Position numbers and translations under genes: made by a program. Below, piece by piece: positions 12,301 through 25,400 of a DNA stretch of 64,000 bases (its first letter is position 1; each line of letters starts with the position of its first letter). Under the pieces are notes generated by a model. It was not told where the DNA came from. It made no database searches and was given only the letters and a program-made list of their open reading frames with translations. The stretch is from NCBI GenBank assembly GCA_027604505.1, contig JADIIX010000027.1:62001-126000 (forward strand), given 5' to 3'. The stretch is from Gonapodya sp. JEL0774 (taxonomy: Eukaryota).

Positions 12301-13909
12301 GCTTGCTCTTTTCAGAGCAGCAATCGAAAAACGACTGCGGACTGATTGATCAACATCATGTCCGAATATCCGGTACCGAAATGGGGCTGGAATCCCTTCC
12401 AGTGCAACACCTCGCACCCATATGCATAGCAATGGGTGGAAGATGATGCTCCCACAAAGACACGAACAAGAGTAACTTTCGAACAGATGGGGAAAAAAAG
12501 ATATGTCGCACCGATCATCCGGACAGGATTCCGAGGGCCAACACATGATTCCGATAGTTAAACCAACGGCCGAGACCAGGTTGTTTCTTCCAAACGATCA
12601 AAACGAATGAGGCTCCGCAGCCACAAAAGTATAAAATGTTCAGGAAGGACACAAGTGTAGATCACAGAAACATCCTCCTCTACCCACCGTCACCGGCAGC
12701 AGCCACTGTTGTTGGAACAAGAGGCGTGGGTGTCGGCCCCCCAGTGTTGCGAGCGAAGTGCGCGCCAGCAGTGGTGCGTTCCTCGGTCTTGATGGATTTG
12801 CTTACCCGCTCGAAAGAGCCAGGGGAGTCGACAGCTGACCTTTTGCCAGAGTTAGCAAGCGAATTCACCTGCGGCTCAGAGGTTGGCGGCTGGAGGGGAT
12901 TCGGGGTGTGCGCTTGCACTGCCGCTTGGGATTGCCCAGGTACTGGAGGCTGCGCAAATGTCGAAGCGATCGCACTCGCAAGGTCCGCTGACCCGCCGCC
13001 AGCCTGTGGAGCTGGGCGAAAGGGGACAGGGGAACCATGGAAGGGCGCTGCAGGGGATGGTGCGGGTGTGCTGGACGCGGTCGTGGCAGCCGCAGTCGAT
13101 GCAGGGAGCGCAGAGGCAGTCGTAGAAGCGAGAGGCGATACTGCATTTGTTGCGGAAGAAGGTGGGGGTTGTGCAGTGGCCACACGAGGTGTCGCTGGAA
13201 TGTGAAACATCTTGGCTTCCTCCGATGTCATGTGCCCCTCCGTGACAGCTTGGCCAACGCAATAGCGAAGAACTTTCGCAGCGACTTCCTCTTTTGCAGC
13301 ATTTGGGTCCACATTCGGTGCGGACGAGAATGTGACCCCTTCCTCAGCAGAACAGAAAGCCTTGTTTAGTCCGTCTTGTAACTGGGTCACAATAATCAGC
13401 GGAAGAGATTCGCCATTATCCATGAGTAGGAAGAAAGCTGCAAGTCGCTTTTGTGCAGAGTTCGGGGACGCAGATAGGCGTGTAACGGGGGGTGGAGGTG
13501 CGAGATGGTTCTCTGTTCCCGCAACAGGGGAGCTCTGTGCGGAGACCGGGGCAGTCTGAGGAGACGACAAACTCTCTGTAGTAGTGAACGAAATTTCTGC
13601 CTTCACATTGCTCAGGTTTGATGGAATGGTACCCGGATTCATGCTCTGGGTCAGAGGAGATACGACGGCCGATCCAAGACCAGAGAAGAGGCCAAGACCC
13701 GCGTTCGCAAAAGGATTGATCCTCGGGGTAGTTGAGGAATGAACAGGTTTCTGCTGGGCCTCCAAGCTGGAGTTGGCTGATTGGCCATTAATCCCCTTTG
13801 ACTCGATGGATGACAAGTTCCAGTTGGCAAGAGGAGACGCAACTCCTTTACGCTCGGAATCAACAGCAGAGAGAAAATCTTCCAGATTTTCCACGTCCAG
13901 GTGGGACAT
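9325..13909 (-). CDS. Multi-dsRBD protein fused to an OAS/CD-NTase-like nucleotidyltransferase fold (DxD degenerate), multi-exon
   Basis: dsRBD-like repeats (KRLAAFF...AAKEEVAAKVL; PISRLMETC...RKQDAREDVAELV; HPVSRLKEYS...GSKKAAKEEAARSALLEL). Removing intron 11084-11138 gives GWGSYCRHTT...VVLYL, then FDVV, AAKLLKF, AWEE, GLFHNILHCL and RPFIGDAVNPFANWA. The 12680-13915 ORF can join by a phase-compatible intron 12143-12687 (inferred). Confidence 0.7.
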
Positions 13910-14052
13910 TGTCAAATCGAGATGGTGACGAATTTTTGATCACCGTACACCAGCTCCCACAACCGTTCTGCTGACACATTACTTTTCCACTCCCAGCTCC
14001 ATGGCCTTCTACTTCACCGGCGAAATTGTCCAGTCTGTAAAATGTACCAGTG

Positions 14053-14142
14053 AGAAAGTACTTTGGAGGTTTGGTGGGAGAGCGTGAAATGGAGAATGTC
14101 GAACGGCCGCGATGGACAGAACAGGAATCTGAGACTCGAAAA
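14053..14142 (-). repeat. ~90 bp dispersed repeat, copy 2
   Basis: Reverse complement about 90% identical to 4969-5057; lies about 145 bp upstream of the ATG at 13909. Confidence 0.9.
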
Positions 14143-14969
14143 CACTTGACGTCAAAGACTTGAAATTTTCGTGCGTTTTCTATCTCATTTCTAAACAATT
14201 GTCCAGGTACTACGAGGAATGGGATAAACCCAAACGCACAGCAACAAAACGTTACCTCTAGACAAAACCACACCACACAAAGCCAACTACCACATAATCC
14301 TTCCAAGTATTTGTTTCCTCTACCTGGAGCTTTTGGATGTTAAGCGACTTGGAACATGTGTATGTACACATAATCTGACTTTTGATCTATGGTGTTGTTT
14401 CAGCAAGCGAGGCAGCTTGGCATTGATACAGACTTTTGGGGGAAATGAACTATACAAGCGTTTTGCGGAGTTTCTAATATTTGGGCGCACAAGGTGTTGA
14501 TCAGGGCATAAGATGATGATCGGAGAATCGCCGTCCGTCTGTGGCCTTCCAGCCGTCAACCTATAATTCTGCTTTGATTTGGACATGACGTCGCACCGGC
14601 AGCAGTCATCTCTCCCGCTATCGATTACCACAATGACAGGTCGGTAGAGTCATGAATAATAACTGTGCTGGTGGATGGATGCCGAGGTCGCCAGTCTAAC
14701 GTGCGCAGGTGTGAGAATGACAGAGCCGACCCTCGGACAGGAGGCTCCCAGAGAGTCTGTTTCTTGATAGAGATAAAGGAATCAGTTTGTTGATTGGAGC
14801 TATGGCGCATATGATACCGGCTGATGGGAAAAGTTTGCGTGCAAATCATGGATCGGTACGAGGGCAAACGAACGCAAACAGATTGCAAATGAGACAACTT
14901 TGCCAGCTCAGTTTGAATGGGATTACTGCAGGAGTATCGTTGCGCTGACTGAATTCCGTCTTCGAAACA

Positions 14970-17216
14970 ATGCTTCAACTCCAACCGCTATTCACAACAC
15001 TGTTCGGCAAGGCCATACGTTTACTCTGCGTGCTGACCCCAGTGATACCATCGCCGATATAAAGGAGCGGCTCTGCACCTCGCAAGGACTTCCCGTACAG
15101 GCCCAACGGCTCCTCTACCGGAACACCGAACTCTCGGACGAGTTCAAGAGCCTGGAGGACTGTGGAATCAGATCGGGAGCCAATTTAAATCTTGTACTGA
15201 ATCTTGTCTCCGGTGGGTCGCAGTGGAGCAAGGAATCGTTGGTGTCACCGACTTCTGCTCTGAATTTTTTCTTCCTCTCTCAATCCAATGGAAACAGGAA
15301 CTGCCCAGCAGCTCCGGCAACTCCCCAAGCCCGAAACCCCCGCCGGCTTCTACCTGTTGTTTTTGAAATCGGATGACGATGATATCTACCTCGAACTCCG
15401 CAACGGTACGGGCACCGGGCGGCGGACGCCAGTTCGGCACCGTATCAATATAGCAGGCATCGGTGCAGGAACTGAAGTGGCCGGTGGGAAACGGTCAGCT
15501 GGATCAAGGGGAGACACGGGAGGTTTGGTGAGGATGGGGCCCAGTGGGGAGTTGGAGCTGCTGCACGCGGCTTCTGTCGACTCCGGTGAAAGCACGCCCA
15601 GAATGAGGAGTGCGGGTAGGGCTGACGTAGACGGCGACGGCGATCGAGACCGGACAGGCTCCACACCGGGCACCGCAACATCGGAAGATTCGTCAGACAT
15701 ACAACAGCACCCCTCCCGAATCCGGCCACTGTCAAGTGATTCGCTCTCCTCATCCACATCCACATCCACCACATCAGCTTCTACAACCTCAGTCTCTTTA
15801 ACCTCCTCGTCTCTGTCACTTTCTGTTTCCTCCTCCGTGCCTCACTCCGCCTCGTCCGCCCCTTCCTGCATCCGGCGCTCCCTCGCCACCACAGCCGCAT
15901 CTTCATCACCCCCCTTTGCGCGACCACCATCCTCAGCAGCCACGTCTCGGACCACTCGTACCGCAGCATCGTCACCGTTACCATACCTTTCATGTGCAGC
16001 ATCTGGAGATGATTTATCACTCTCTGCAGTCATGGGCATTCAGAGACATGGACTCAAAAGCCACAATGGGGCCGGATGTGATTCGATGGTAGCGACAGTG
16101 GCGCGATCTGGGAAGAAGGTATTGCCTTGCGAGCGTGAACTTGAATTTGAGTTCCAGTCCGCAGCTGTACCGATCGCGGACACCCACGGCGGTGGCATCG
16201 TTCCCCCTACTATTCGAAGGACACAGCGTCTCCGCCCCGCCACAACGATTGGTTTGAAACGAGTGACTCGATGTGTGGGCGACGTGGGCATCATAATACC
16301 GGACACGAGGCCCGCAAGCGCAGAAACAGCTGGAGCGCGCAGAGCGGGGTCCGAGCTCGACTCAGCAAGGCTGGCCGAGGTGGTTGCCGAGGCGGAGAGG
16401 GCATTAGAAGAAGCGGAAAGGGCAATGGAAGGTTTGGCTCAAAGGGTGGCGGACATGGTAGTGGGAGTGGACCAAAATGGTCAGACAATGGAGTTTGGGT
16501 TTGGCTCTCGGTCCGAACCTGGTTCCGCAAATCTGACGTTAGAGAGGCCGGCCAATCCATCACCACCAACAACAGCAGGGTCTGCTGGTGGGCTAAAGTT
16601 GAGTTCGACCAGCACATCCGCCTCTACCTCGACTTCAGACTTGGACTCTCCGCAATCATACCCATCCCTTCCAACCACGCCTGGACCTCATTCTATGCAT
16701 AATTTTACGGTACCATTTGTGGAACAAGAAGGTTGCCCTCCCCGATCTCCCGTTGTGGCTGATGTGGTCTTTCTAGGACCAGTAGATGAGACCCGAAGAT
16801 CCGGCAATTCACCAACCGTAGTTGCAGCGATACGAGTCAAATCGAAACCGAAACCGAAACGAAATGGGACCGGCTATGGTGGGTCCGCATCACCACCTAC
16901 CCCCGCTTCATCAAAGTCAAGTTCAGCATTGGGGAGGACAGTTGGGAGAAAACCATCTTCGTTGTCGCGGGTTGTGAAACAGGCGAACCCTGTACCACCT
17001 CCAGCAACACATTGCGTACGCTGCCGCGCGAAGTTGAGGCCGGCGGCGAGTTTCCCGTGTCGATTTTGCCCCACACAGGCAAGGTTCTGCGGCCCTCATC
17101 GGATGCCAGAGACACACGGCTGTGTTGGGTACAGAGAAGGGTACCGGAAAGAAGGACGCGAGAAATTGGGGAAAGAGCTTGTGATGGTCAAAGCAGAAAA
17201 GGTTGGGAAGGTGTGA
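14970..17216 (+). CDS. Ubiquitin-like + AN1 zinc-finger protein (ZFAND4/ANUBL1-like); start uncertain
   Basis: GHTFTLRADPSDTIADIKERLCTSQGLPVQAQRLLYRNTELSD...LNLVLNLVSG (Ub-like), long low-complexity linker, C-terminal CVRCRAKL...CRFC...FCGPHRMPETHGC...VKAEKVGKV (AN1). Confidence 0.82.
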
Positions 17217-17619
17217 ATTACCCGAGACTTGCGTGCTGCTTCCGACCATGTGCGTTGCATTTATACCCACTGGCAAATCAGGAGTTTTTGGTTTATGGAG
17301 TCCATTTTGCGACGTTTCTTACCTCCTGGGATCATGTATTTATGTCGGACGGTCCTACTTAGTTATGTAAAGAAGAGGCACTTTTCGTGGTCATCGGACA
17401 ATATGACGGGGCCATTCGCATACAAGTACATAGTAGAAGCAGACACGACTGATCAATAGAGATGGAAAGTTTGTCCCTTGCCCTCCGATTCTCGAGCTCT
17501 ACCCCACTGCGGCCTTCTCCGCCAATCGCGATCTATGTCCACAGAACCCACCACTCCTGTCTCAACCAAACCAGCTGAACCATTCTTTTTCCTTATCAAT
17601 TTGCAATCGTCTCTATTCC

Positions 17620-19171
17620 ATGTACAACCCGATTCTGGACGCTCTAAAAGTCGTGGTAGGGATCGCTGGCAAAGTTCTGTCACTCATCCGAAATCCGCTT
17701 CGAGAAACTTCCCTCGATTTGATCCAAAAACTCACTCCAAATATATATAAATGGTCTGTGGAAACGATGGTGCGAACCAAGTCGAAGCATGCAAGTCCAA
17801 CCCCAGCTCCTGCACCTGACTACACCGTCAAGACCTACGCGTACGCACCTGCACGTACTGTGAACGACGTCTTTGTCAAGTATCTGCCTCAGCAGCCGGC
17901 GTTCGCCGACGATAAGTTTTTCCGGATCGTTGGGCGACCTCGTTCCACGACTCCCTACTCCCAACGCACCCACGTTACAAAACAAAGTAGGACAATCGTT
18001 GATGGATCCAGTGAGTTGACTGGTGTAATATGGTTGAATTCACGACCCCTAACCCTACACACATTATGCTCAGTTCGAATGTTCTTGCGATTGGAGTTCT
18101 CATTGGGTTGCAGGAATCAACTACATGAAGGTCCGTGAGCCAATAGGCGTCAGAAAATTTGGTCTTGTTCATAACTTCTCTGTCTCAATTCTGTGTCTGT
18201 ACATGGGGTGAGTCTTCGTGTGCACGTCGAGTCATTTGACGAAAATCAGGACAGGAGGACGCCGCAGAGCACGTGGGGGATTTATGCACTTGAGTACAAA
18301 GCTTGGTCTAGAAGTAAATCCTATCTCTCAGCTGTGTCTCTCCATACATTTTCAACACACTCACAGAATCGCCAGATTTCGTTCCTTCACGTTTACCACC
18401 ATTTCTCTGTTTTCATTATGGCGTGGGTCGCGTGCTGGAGCTGTCCCGGCGGGAGACTACGTATACAATGTATGGTTGAACTCAGCGGTACACGTCGTCA
18501 TGTATGGTAGGTGTTGTGGCATTACGAGACAGGGCCATGGGAAACCTTGTTATTCACATGTCACTCTGCCCTGGCTCTCGATACTCCTGTCCCATTCAGG
18601 CTACTACTTCCTGTCCATGCTTGGGGTCACGAAAGTTTCTTGTATCAAGGTTGGTTCTTGTGTCCACACTCCCTGGCTAGTCTGTCTTGTTCATCTCACC
18701 ACGTCATTTAGCGTTACATCACCCAACTGCAACTCCTCCAATTCTCCACGTATCTCGGCGGGGAGAGCTACCCTCTTCATGGCAGCGCGAGGTACACCGA
18801 CGGGGTTTCCCGAGGTTTTGTGCTGGATCGAGGTTGCGTGTGAGTACAGGAAGGAGGACGAGGGTCGCCATGGTGTCCTCGCGGTGGCAAGGCGGTGGCA
18901 ATAAGACAGTCTGGAAACTGCGTGTGTTTTTCTTTGGGGTGAGAGAGTGTCCTTTGCCATCTTGAGTGCGGAGCTTTTTTCGGTTTCGTTCTCTTGCTTT
19001 CTATTCGTTCCAACCTCGGTGACGTGGTGTTCTGGACCCATCACATCGCCGTTATCGGACTACACACACGCTGTTTCCATTACACTACTTTTCGTCAATT
19101 TCTATGACGTCGAGTACTGGGTCAAAGGTGCTCGGAAGGAAAAGGTTCAGAAAGCAGAAGGAGTTCCCTAG
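17620..19171 (+). pseudogene. GNS1/SUR4 (ELO) fatty acid elongase, apparently disrupted
   Basis: Motifs LVHNF, ISFLHVYHH, NSAVHVVMYG|YYFLS, YITQLQLLQF and LLFVNFY are present, but there is a 1-nt frameshift at about 18451-18454 and no recognisable KxxExxDT exon. Confidence 0.65.
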
Positions 19172-19402
19172 ATAAGAGCCAGAACCAGAACATCCCGCCC
19201 GCAGGAGAGGTATTCTAATAGAAAGAATAGAAATAAACGTCCGTTCAGGAGTGTGTGACTTGATGCGAATTGCGTCCCGAAAACTCACTGCTGCGAAATC
19301 ACTAATTTTTAGTGAAAGTTCGGTTGCGACCAAAAAGCCGGGGTGGTTTTCGTCAGGGTTGTGCAGTGTCTTCGCAAACTCGATCATGTTCTCCGCTTCC
19401 CG

Positions 19403-22400
19403 ATGAGCGCAGCCCCTGCTCCTGCACTCTCACCGGGAGATGTGCAAGGCACCAGAGCTTTCCCATCCGATGCCGTTTTCTCCCTCCGGATCGTAAGCAT
19501 GGACACTTATCAGTCACCACCACATCCTTGGGGCCATGCCGTTAGCCGACCATACGCGTTCGCACGCGACGGAGCAAAACATGTAGGAATACGCTCTGTT
19601 CCGACGATACGCGTTTTTGGAATCACCCGTTGGGGGCAGAAGGCGACGATGCATGTCCATCAGGTGCGTGTATGCACATGAATTGCCCCATAGTTTGTTT
19701 TGGAGTCGACTTTTGCCGGAGCTTTATCTGACTAAACTGAGGGACGATTAAATTTATCGTTTCCATGCCTGTTTATTCTCAGTGTTGGCCGTACTTTTAC
19801 ATTCCATATGAAGGAAGCACAGAACACCACGCAGGTAGTGGGATGTCCCATTTGAGAGACCAAAGTACCGCTGACATCACTCAATTCCTAGTTTCTCTGT
19901 TTGCCCGACATCTTGCCGTATCCCTCAATCACGCACTTGCTATTGCTCGCAACACGGACCCCAACAACCCTTCACGCTCACAGCATGTTCACTCTATCAT
20001 TCTCTGCAAAGGAATCCCATTCTACGGACTCCACACCTCGTACACTCTGTTTCTTAAGGTTTCTTTCATAGACTCCTTTTCGTGCTCACGTGCAGCCGAC
20101 CTCCTGTCCTCTGGCGCAGTTCTGGGCCGTCCCTTCCAGCCCCATGAGGCCCACATACCTTACCTCCTTCAGTTCCTTCTGGACCACAATCTCTTTGGCA
20201 TGGATTTTATCCACCTCCGCAATGTTCGCTTCCGTACACCTATCAATGTCGCACCACGAGACCAACTCGCAGCCCTTCAATCCTCCCTCCCTCCAAATGC
20301 CCTTCTCCATACAGAAACCACAGTCCCCGCAAACTTAATCTGGCCTCCATCTTCGAAGCCTCCGCCTCGTACCTCATATTCTGACCTCGAGCTGGATTGT
20401 TGGTGTGCCGACATTCTCAACCGGATTTCAGTTAGCGAGCGGCCCCACGAACCTTTACTTCGCATCCCTCGCTCTCCACAATCCACTGCTCACCCCACAC
20501 CCTCATCGTCGATACAAAATCTATCTGTGAAACAACCTTATGTTCCCTCCCTGTCGGCCATATGGTCTGACGAGGTCGCCCGTAGATTGCGGTCGGGGCT
20601 TCCCACTGATCTCTCACCCCAAATATCACAAGAGCCACCTCGCACGACTCCAGAGGATTGGGATATTGAGCCAGAGCTCCGCCAATCGATTGAAGAACGT
20701 TGTACAGCGGCTGCTGTGAACCGAATCGCCGGTGGACAACTGGATGGTGATGGTCCAGCCGGTAGCAGGGGTGTCCAACAAGGTGTTTTGCAAGCACCTA
20801 CTGTCGAATAACAAGAATGTGAGACAATGACTGACACGCCGTACCTCACAGGCGACCCTTATCCCGGAGTTCCGACCGCTTGGCGCAGCACTGAGCTTGC
20901 TTGGTCAATGCCCGGCGCTCTGACAGTCCCAATTGTGAATGACAACACGGGAGTAGCCGCGAATGACCTGGGTAGAGTGCATCGGGAAGGTACATGGCTT
21001 GACGGACAGCTTGGTGGGGCTTCAAATCATTTCGCTGAGGGGCAGCGTCGCATCCCCGATGTCGAACCAATCATCAATGAAAAGGTTCTCTCTCAGCACT
21101 TATCTCAAGGCGCTGCTGCGAGCTCACAGGGCATGGGGCGCAACTTAAGAGGAAGAGACGAACGGTGGGGTTGTGGGTTGGAGGGTGAATCGGAGGATCA
21201 GGATGCTTTTGACAGGGAGACGCTTGAAGAAGGGAACCCTGGGAGTAGGAAAGTGGACAGTGATGACGACACGGCAGCTATATTGGACTGGATGCGCAAA
21301 AATAGTGGCACAAGTGGTGCCACCATTAGTCAGGAGGAGAGTGACAATCGTGCTGGCGAAGGCAACGAAGAGGAGACGCCTGCTCAAGAGACCATGTATA
21401 TGGAGAGCTACACAGATGAGGACGGTGAAGATGTCGGGGTGGAGGATGTGTCAGATTGGTTCGGGGACGCAATTGACGGGGTTGGAAACGCGGACCGCGA
21501 TGCCGAAGCAAGCTCGGACTCGAATTCCGAAGATGATGCCGACCTGCAGCGGAGTAGAATTGGTACTCCCGACATCAACTTCCACCAACCTAGATCGGTG
21601 CAACCACGGAGCGGAACGGAAGAGAGTGTGGGCGCCCTATGGCCCCCTGTGATCCCTCAGTACGATGGGGCAGGGGATGATGATGAAAATGAGAACGACG
21701 GCATGAACGATATAGATGAAGGAGACCAGTGGGAAGCGAGTTGGGACCTCGCAGATGTGCCAGTAGAGGGACAAGAAGTGGTGGGTGAATCGAAAGGGAA
21801 GAGAAAGGCGTTTGGAATGACATGGATGACTCAGGAGAATGAGGAGAGGAGACCTTCGAAGGTGAATATCCGCTTTACGGATCATGCCATACACTTGCTT
21901 ATGGTAGATTGTCACTTGCAGCGCAGAACCACCGAAAGGAACTTGCACTCCTTTCCACCCAATTTATTTTCGGAACATTCTTCGACCGTTGGTTTACCCC
22001 GCCAGCGCTCCCTGCTGCGGTGGAAGATTCCTCGTCCCAAGTCATCAACTGTGGTTCCCCCATCAAACTCCCTGCCACGCGTCTCTGTGGCAGCCGTTGA
22101 TCACGCTCATAGCGTTGATGTGGTTGAGGATGATGATGACGAATCCTCAGCTCCTGCAGCGAACCGACCTCGTGTCTCCCAGGAACAGGAGAGGCGAGAG
22201 AACTACTCCGCTTCAGTAAACGGCCTTCCAGAAGATGAGATAGAGATGGGGTCGTCTGATGATGACGAGGTGCTGCCGTCGTCGCTACCGAAGCGAAAAG
22301 ACAGGGTGCAGACAAGGCAGACGGGTGTTGGCATTCCAGACGTGGATTTGATTCACAATGAAGTACCTCGGGCATCGACCTCTATGGCGATGCCTCTATC

Positions 22401-25400
22401 TTTGGTGCCTGTTTCGTCGCTTGCTTGGCGGCAAAGGTCGATCGGAGTTGGAGTTGGAGGACCAGAAATTCTACCATCTCTCGGGGAACTGCACAATGCT
22501 CAACCAAACTTGGAGACGCGAGGTACCAGCCAATCGAACTCCGTGTCGCAACAGATGTCGGTGGTGGAGAGTACCTCATTTGTGGCCTCAAGTTCTACGC
22601 TGCCTCAACTATCTCCGATAGCGATAGAAAGCGCGACTCTGGCTCTTCCCGAATCGACGCCATCTTGTGATCTCCAACTCCCCACGCCCATTCACTCAAC
22701 CGATGGGAAGGCATCTAACTTCCTCTCACAGGGATTGTGGTCACCGCCAAGAGCCGATCGAATGGATGACGAGTTTCTGTCTGATAAACCAGCCTTTTTG
22801 TGGGATCCACCGAGGCCGTGGTCTCCTTTACGAACATCAGAAAATAAATTTGATGGAGGGGAGGGCATGGGATTGGCAGAGGTGGGCACTGCTGGCGATG
22901 GACTTGAGCTAGGAGAGGCTTGGCGCCTCCGAGAGTCAATTCGCGAACCCAGCCCAGAGCTGGAGGGTGATATCATTGTTCACCAGAGGACTATCACAGC
23001 TGCTGTATTCCGAGCACCTGAGAGAGACGCCTCCTTACCAGAGAGGCAAAGAGATCGTGAGGAGGTGGAACGATTGGATAAGTCTCAAACCGAAAAGTCG
23101 GTTAGATCCACTTCTGCCCATCCTCTTTCTGTAGGGACGGGCCATTTATTCCCATCTGAATCCAGAACGCGAGGAACGTGGTGGAAGTACTCAGTGGATC
23201 CACCCAGCGTTGGTTACATTGCCCGCAGTTGCAGTGAGCTTAACGTCCCAGAGACGGAGTATAAAGGTATATTGCAAATCTACAATTGTCACTTCAAATC
23301 GGTTATTGGAGCCTTCCTGATATCGGTTGTGCCAGATGCCCACTACTCCAATCCTGCAGATGTTCCTCTTCGACCAAAGATATTTGCTGGCAAGGAGTGG
23401 CGTCTGAAATCTCTCGCCCTATCAGAGTTGCCGGAATGGGATTTCTCTATACCGCTTCTCATATCCAATCACGTTCCAGGACTTCGAAATGATACTGAAA
23501 GTTCTTTTAAACCTAGCTGGATGACAGTGACCGCAAATGGGCGGCGAAAGTGGTGGACTCCCCATTTCCCCCCACCTAATCGAGGCGAAATTGGAGTTTG
23601 GTTGCGGAAGAATCCACAAGGACAGCATGTGGAGGGTATTTCTGAGGAGGATTTGGCTGATGTAGAAATCGAGACGTTGCAGATTGAGACGAAGGCAGAC
23701 GGTACGTGAATTTACGAAAGTGACGTTCGAAATGCCCGATCGGTTCAACAATTGGTATATTAGAGTCCAGCGCACGGGGCATCCTGGCTACACAAGTGCC
23801 GATGCGAGATATTAAAGCGGTTTCGCAAGTGTGTTGGATGCGCCAGACTGCGAACTCAACCGTTTGATTGTTACAAATTTATTCCACAGATCGAAGCTCC
23901 AACTCCGAAAAACCCTTACGGTTTCAAATTTGAGGCCGAGAAGTCTCATTCATCTGTGACTCACGAAAGGCAGTATTACAGCATGCTAAGCTTGGATGTT
24001 TTAGGTAAGGTTCAGTCCTCCCTTTGCAGCTCTTTGTGTTGAGCTGGTCTCGGCTTTAAGCTGGTTGTGCAAAGGATATGTTGCCTGATCCTGCCAAGGA
24101 TTCCGTACGTGGTGTTTTTTTCTGTTTGTATATTGACGGACTCAGTCTGCATAAATCGAATGGCATCAAGAAAGGGTACGTAGAAGTGAAACCCAAGTGC
24201 TTTTTTTGGTCTCCATCTCCCGTTCTTGGCATACAGATTTCATGTTGGAATCATAAAAGTAGACGACGGCATCGAAGTGAAAAGAACAGGGATTACAGGT
24301 GACTACGATGAAATCGCTTTGTTCTTGCATTGTGTATGTGAAGTGCTAATATTCCATGTCAGGCTACCCAACTGAGATCGTTTCCGACGAGCGGTCTTTG
24401 TTTGAGGCACTGGTGGCAAAAGTCCGAGAATTTGACCCGGATATTATCCTCGGTTATGAAATTCACAATTCATCGTGGGGTTATCTCGTTGAACGGTCCC
24501 ACGCAATAGGTAAGCTTGCTTCTCTTTCATCAGTTCCCCCGATTCCGAGAGCTAATAATCATCCCCTTCTCAGCATATAATCTATTAGAGGAGCTTTCTC
24601 GCACGAAGGCTCATGCAACCACAAAGCACTCCCGCGACGAGGACGAATGGGGATTCAATCAGACGACGAGTGTTCACGTGACTGGCAGAGTGGTCCTTAA
24701 CGTCTGGAGACTGATGCGCGGAGAGTTAAACTTGACATCGTATACTTTCGAGAATCTGGTTTATCACGTTTTACATCAACGGTGCGCGCCTCCCACCTTC
24801 TCTCACTCTCAGAAGAAGCTCCATTAATGGAAAGACTGTTTTAGTGTGCCCTATTTTTCACCCTCTACTCTATCAGCGTGGTACGAAAGATCGGCTTTGT
24901 GGCAATGGCGCGTGGTTCGCTATATGCTGGATCGGGTGCAAAAAACGGTGGAGCTGCTTCTCGAGGTGGATATAATTGATCGAACGAGGTTTGACTGCCA
25001 TCGAGCCCTGCATTATTTTGTGGTGGTGACTGATATGCGGAATCCCAAAAAGTGAATTTGCTCGTGTGTTTGGCATTCAATTCTACTCAGTTCTTGACCG
25101 TGGATCTCAATTCAAAGTCGAATCTGTGATGGCGAGGATAGCGAAGCCACAAAATTTGATCATGTTTTCGCCCAGCAAGAATCAAGTGAGTTGAGAAGAA
25201 CACTGTGATCACAACAGAGAAGTGATACTTGAACCCTCCATCGAAGGTCGCGAGTCAACGAGCAGCGGAATGTCTTCCTCTCATCATGGAACCAGAGTCC
25301 CAATTTTACAACAGCCCACTTTTGGTGTTAGATTTCCAATCCCTTTACCCGTCTGTTATGATAGCGTACAATTATTGGTGAGTGGTCGTTCGACAAACGC

